From Mobula hypostoma (Eukaryota): a stretch of 64,000 nucleotides of DNA. The translations under genes and the position numbers were made by a program. Shown piece by piece: positions 61,490-64,000 of this stretch (position 1 is its first letter; each line of letters starts with the position of its first letter). The notes beneath the pieces are model-generated. The model was not told the DNA's origin, searched no databases, and saw only the letters and a program-made list of their open reading frames with translations. The DNA lies in contig NC_086108.1 of the NCBI RefSeq assembly GCF_963921235.1, positions 94,800,001-94,864,000 on the forward strand. Reading direction: 5' to 3'.

Positions 61490-62580
61490 TGCTCATTCCT
61501 TTAAGAAGGGCAACAGGGATAAAGCAGGGAATTACAGTGGTGCCTTACAGCAGTGGTACGGAAGTTATTGGAGAAGATTCTTTGAGAGATTTACTTGCAT
61601 TTTGAGCACAGACATTAAGAATATTCAGCATGGCACCGTGAAGTACTGTCTCACAAATTTGATTGAGATTTTTGCAGAAGTGATGAACAGGAGGGATGAG
61701 GGGAGGGCAGTGGATGTTGACTGCATCAACTTTTAGTAAAGCCTTCAATAAGGTCCCTCACTGTAGACTCATCAAAAGATTAAGGCACATGATGAATTAG
61801 TAAATTGATTTGAAATTGGCTTGGTCATGGAAGACAGAGGGATTTAGGGTTTTTTGTTTCCAGACTGTAAGTCTATGAACAATTGAGTATTTCTGCTGGG
61901 ACCTTCTTTGCTTGTAATAGATTAATGCTTTGGATGAAAATATAGAAAGTTTGATTAGAAAGTTTGCAGATGACACAAAAGTTGTTGGAGTTGTGGATAG
62001 CGAGCAAGGTTGTCAAAGGATATAACTTGTCAAAGAATACAGAGGGATAAAGATTAGTTGAGAATCTGGGCAGAGAAGTGACAGATGGAGCCGAATCCAG
62101 ACAAATGTGAAATAATGAATATGGCATGCTTCTCTTCATTGGTAGGTGCATAGAGTATAAGAATAGGAAATCATGCTGAAGCTATAAAAAAACTTCAGTC
62201 AGACTGCACTTGCCGGAGTACTCTCTACAGTCCTGGACACCCTATTATAGGAAGGATGTGGAAATTGTTGGGAGGGTGCAGAAGAATTTACAGGATGTTA
62301 CCTAGATTAGAGAATATCAGCTGTAAGAAAAGGCTGGACAAACCTAACTTGTTCTCCCTAGAACGTTGGAGGCTGAAGGGAGACCAGATGGAGGGTTTTT
62401 CAATTATGAGAGGCATAGATAAGGTAGACAATTTTTTTACCTGGGTGGAAATGTGGAAATGTCACACAGCAGAAGATATGCTTTTAAACTTGGGGGGGGG
62501 GGGGGGGAGGAGTTTAAAGGCAATATTGAAGGAATTTTTTTTTATATATAAACACAGAGAGTGGTAAGTGTCTGCAATGT
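61490..62580 (+). mobile_element. Old decayed CR1 fragment
   Basis: [36 protein letters not shown]. Confidence 0.8.
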
Positions 62581-63204
62581 AAGCTTGCTTGTGGGGAGCA
62601 GGCAAGGCTTCCCCCCCACCCCACATCTCAACTGCATTTTACAAGAACATCTCCATCTGGTATGGGAGCAGCGGAGGATTGGACCAGAAGTACCTACAAA
62701 GGACTATGAGAACTGCCTCCTTGCCATTCATCAGACATTTATCAGGAGCGCTGCGTATTAAGGGCCCTGCATATTATTAAGAATCCCACCCATCGATACA
62801 GCATCATCTTTGACTTTCTACCATCAGGTAGGAGACCATGATGCATAAAAACAGGAATGGTCAGGATGAGAAAAAAGTTTCTTCCCCCAGGCCATTAGTC
62901 TTCTGAACTCCCTGCCGCATTGTATTTGAAGTATCGCTGGTTAATCTGCTCTGTACCTTACAATATTTAACATTAATGTACTTTAGTTTTGTTATTATGT
63001 GTGATTCATCTGTAGATTTTATCCTTAGCTTCATAAGTTATCGTGTGTTATGTGTACTACTGTGCTTTACACCCTGGTTGGAAGAATTATTGCCTCGTTT
63101 CTATATACATTATATCCATGTATGTAGTTAAGTGACAATAAACTTGCCTCGACACTTGAATAGGTTATCAGGAGAGTAGAGGAAGAAGGATATTTGGTGG
63201 AGAT

Positions 63205-64000
63205 ACCTCTGATCCTCCACACTGCCAAGAGTCTTACCATTAATACTATATTCTGCCATCATATTTGACCTACCAAAATGAACCACCTCACACTTATCTG
63301 GGTTGAACTCCATCTGCCACTTCTCAGCCCAGTTTTGCGTCTTGTCGATGTCCCACTGTAACCCCTGACAGCTCTCCACACTATCCACAACACTTCCAAC
63401 AAATCATCAGCAAATTTACCAACCCATCCTTCCACTTCCTCATCCAGGTCATTTATAAAAATCGCAAAGAGTAGGGGTCCCAGAACAGATCCCTGAGGCA
63501 CACCACTGATTACCGGCCTCCATGCAGAGTATGGCACATCTACAACCACTCTTTGCCTTCTGTTGGCAAGCCAGTTCTGGATCCACAAAGCAATGTACCC
63601 TTGGATCCTATGCCTCCTTACTTTCTCAATAAGCGTTGCATTGGGTACATTATCAAATGCCCTGCAGAAATCCGTATACACTACATCCACAGCTCTACCT
63701 TCATCAATGTGTTTAGTCACATCCTCAAAAAATTCGATCAGGCTCGTAAGGCACAACCTGCCTTTGACAAAGCCATGCTGACTATTCCTAATCATGTTAT
63801 GCCTTTCCGAATGTTCATAAACCCTGCCTCTCAGGGTCTTCTCCATCAACTTACTGCCCACTGAGGTAAGACTCACTGGCCTGTAATTTCCTGAGCTATC
63901 CCTACTCCCTTTCTTGAATAATGGAACAACATCCGCAACTCTTCAATCCTCCAGAACCTCTCCCGTCCTCATCGATGATGCAAAGATCATTGCCAGAGGC
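63205..64000 (-). mobile_element. CR1 family C RT fragment, running off the window edge
   Basis: ORF 63259-63876 with QHGFVKGR and [10 protein letters not shown]. Confidence 0.92.

Overview
This is vertebrate genomic DNA. The dense CR1 LINEs plus Rex1/Babar, Penelope-like and Tc1 repeats suggest a cartilaginous fish, possibly a ray (inference). The whole window lies inside one minus-strand gene, a CCDC18-like coiled-coil gene. I traced 13 GT-AG exons with consistent splice phases and no stops from 61001 down to 5596; the gene continues off the left edge. The introns are mostly decayed transposons: at least three CR1 families, Rex1/Babar, L1, a Tx1-like L1, RTE, Penelope-like, Tc1, hAT, a solo LTR and SINEs, often nested several levels deep. 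The most unusual object is at 775-3160. It is a Nimb/I-clade-like LINE derivative with a 12-bp TSD, a zinc-knuckle ORF1, a TAATG stop-start overlap and an (AAG)n tail, but nearly all of ORF2 is replaced by about 930 bp of internally duplicated coiled-coil coding cargo. Also notable are an intact-looking minimal hammerhead ribozyme in an inverted Penelope-like pair, a 33-bp near-perfect hairpin inside a Tc1 end, and a four-level nest of elements at 49-60 kb. Family names and homologies come from recalled motifs, not database searches; repeat boundaries without a stated TSD are approximate.
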